DNA from: Narcine bancroftii
Lineage: Eukaryota
DNA length: 64,000 nucleotides
Reading direction: 5' to 3'
Assembly: GCF_036971445.1 (NCBI RefSeq)
Contig: NC_091471.1
Span: 183,582,001 to 183,646,000 of the forward strand
The translations under genes were made by a program, and so were the position numbers. The number at the start of each line of letters is the position of its first letter. The stretch's first letter is position 1. Under the pieces are notes generated by a model, which was not told the origin of the DNA, did not search any database, and saw only the letters and a program-made list of their open reading frames with translations. Positions 63,921 to 64,000 of this stretch are shown in pieces.

Positions 63921-64000
63921 GTCTTCCTTATAATAGCTCAGACGGCATGGATACACCGTTGTATTGATGTAAATGAAAAGTCTGTTCTAAAGTAGTAATG

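Overview
Eukaryotic (vertebrate) genomic DNA. The repeat content (V-SINEs, CR1, Rex1/Babar, Penelope-like elements) suggests a cartilaginous fish, which is an inference. The window lies inside one + strand gene, the JNK3 kinase mapk10. Five coding exons are visible (10868-11037, 38300-38429, 50266-50324, 54709-54847, 61804-61969). All have GT-AG sites, consistent phases and the 170/130/59/139/166 bp sizes recalled for the human gene. The first coding exon and the 3' exons are outside the window. The introns are packed with TEs: a full-length, very young RTE LINE with three truncated antisense copies, Penelope-like elements carrying hammerhead-ribozyme motifs, CR1, Rex1, L1/Tx1, BEL/Pao, Gypsy, Tc1, Tigger/pogo, hAT and SINEs, often nested. 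There is one 137-bp N gap. I cannot demonstrate a wholly new system. The best leads are: the RTE (modular CpG-rich 5' array, STSSP x6 N-terminus, endonuclease D-to-N change); a near-identical inverted RTE pair bracketing three kinase exons; U3-variant Penelope hammerheads; a pre-miRNA-like hairpin; a SAP domain at the start of a BEL/Pao gag; and an R-to-C change in the conserved JNK LKRY motif. Most short ORFs in the track are spurious or TE debris. TE boundaries without a stated TSD or TIR are approximate.
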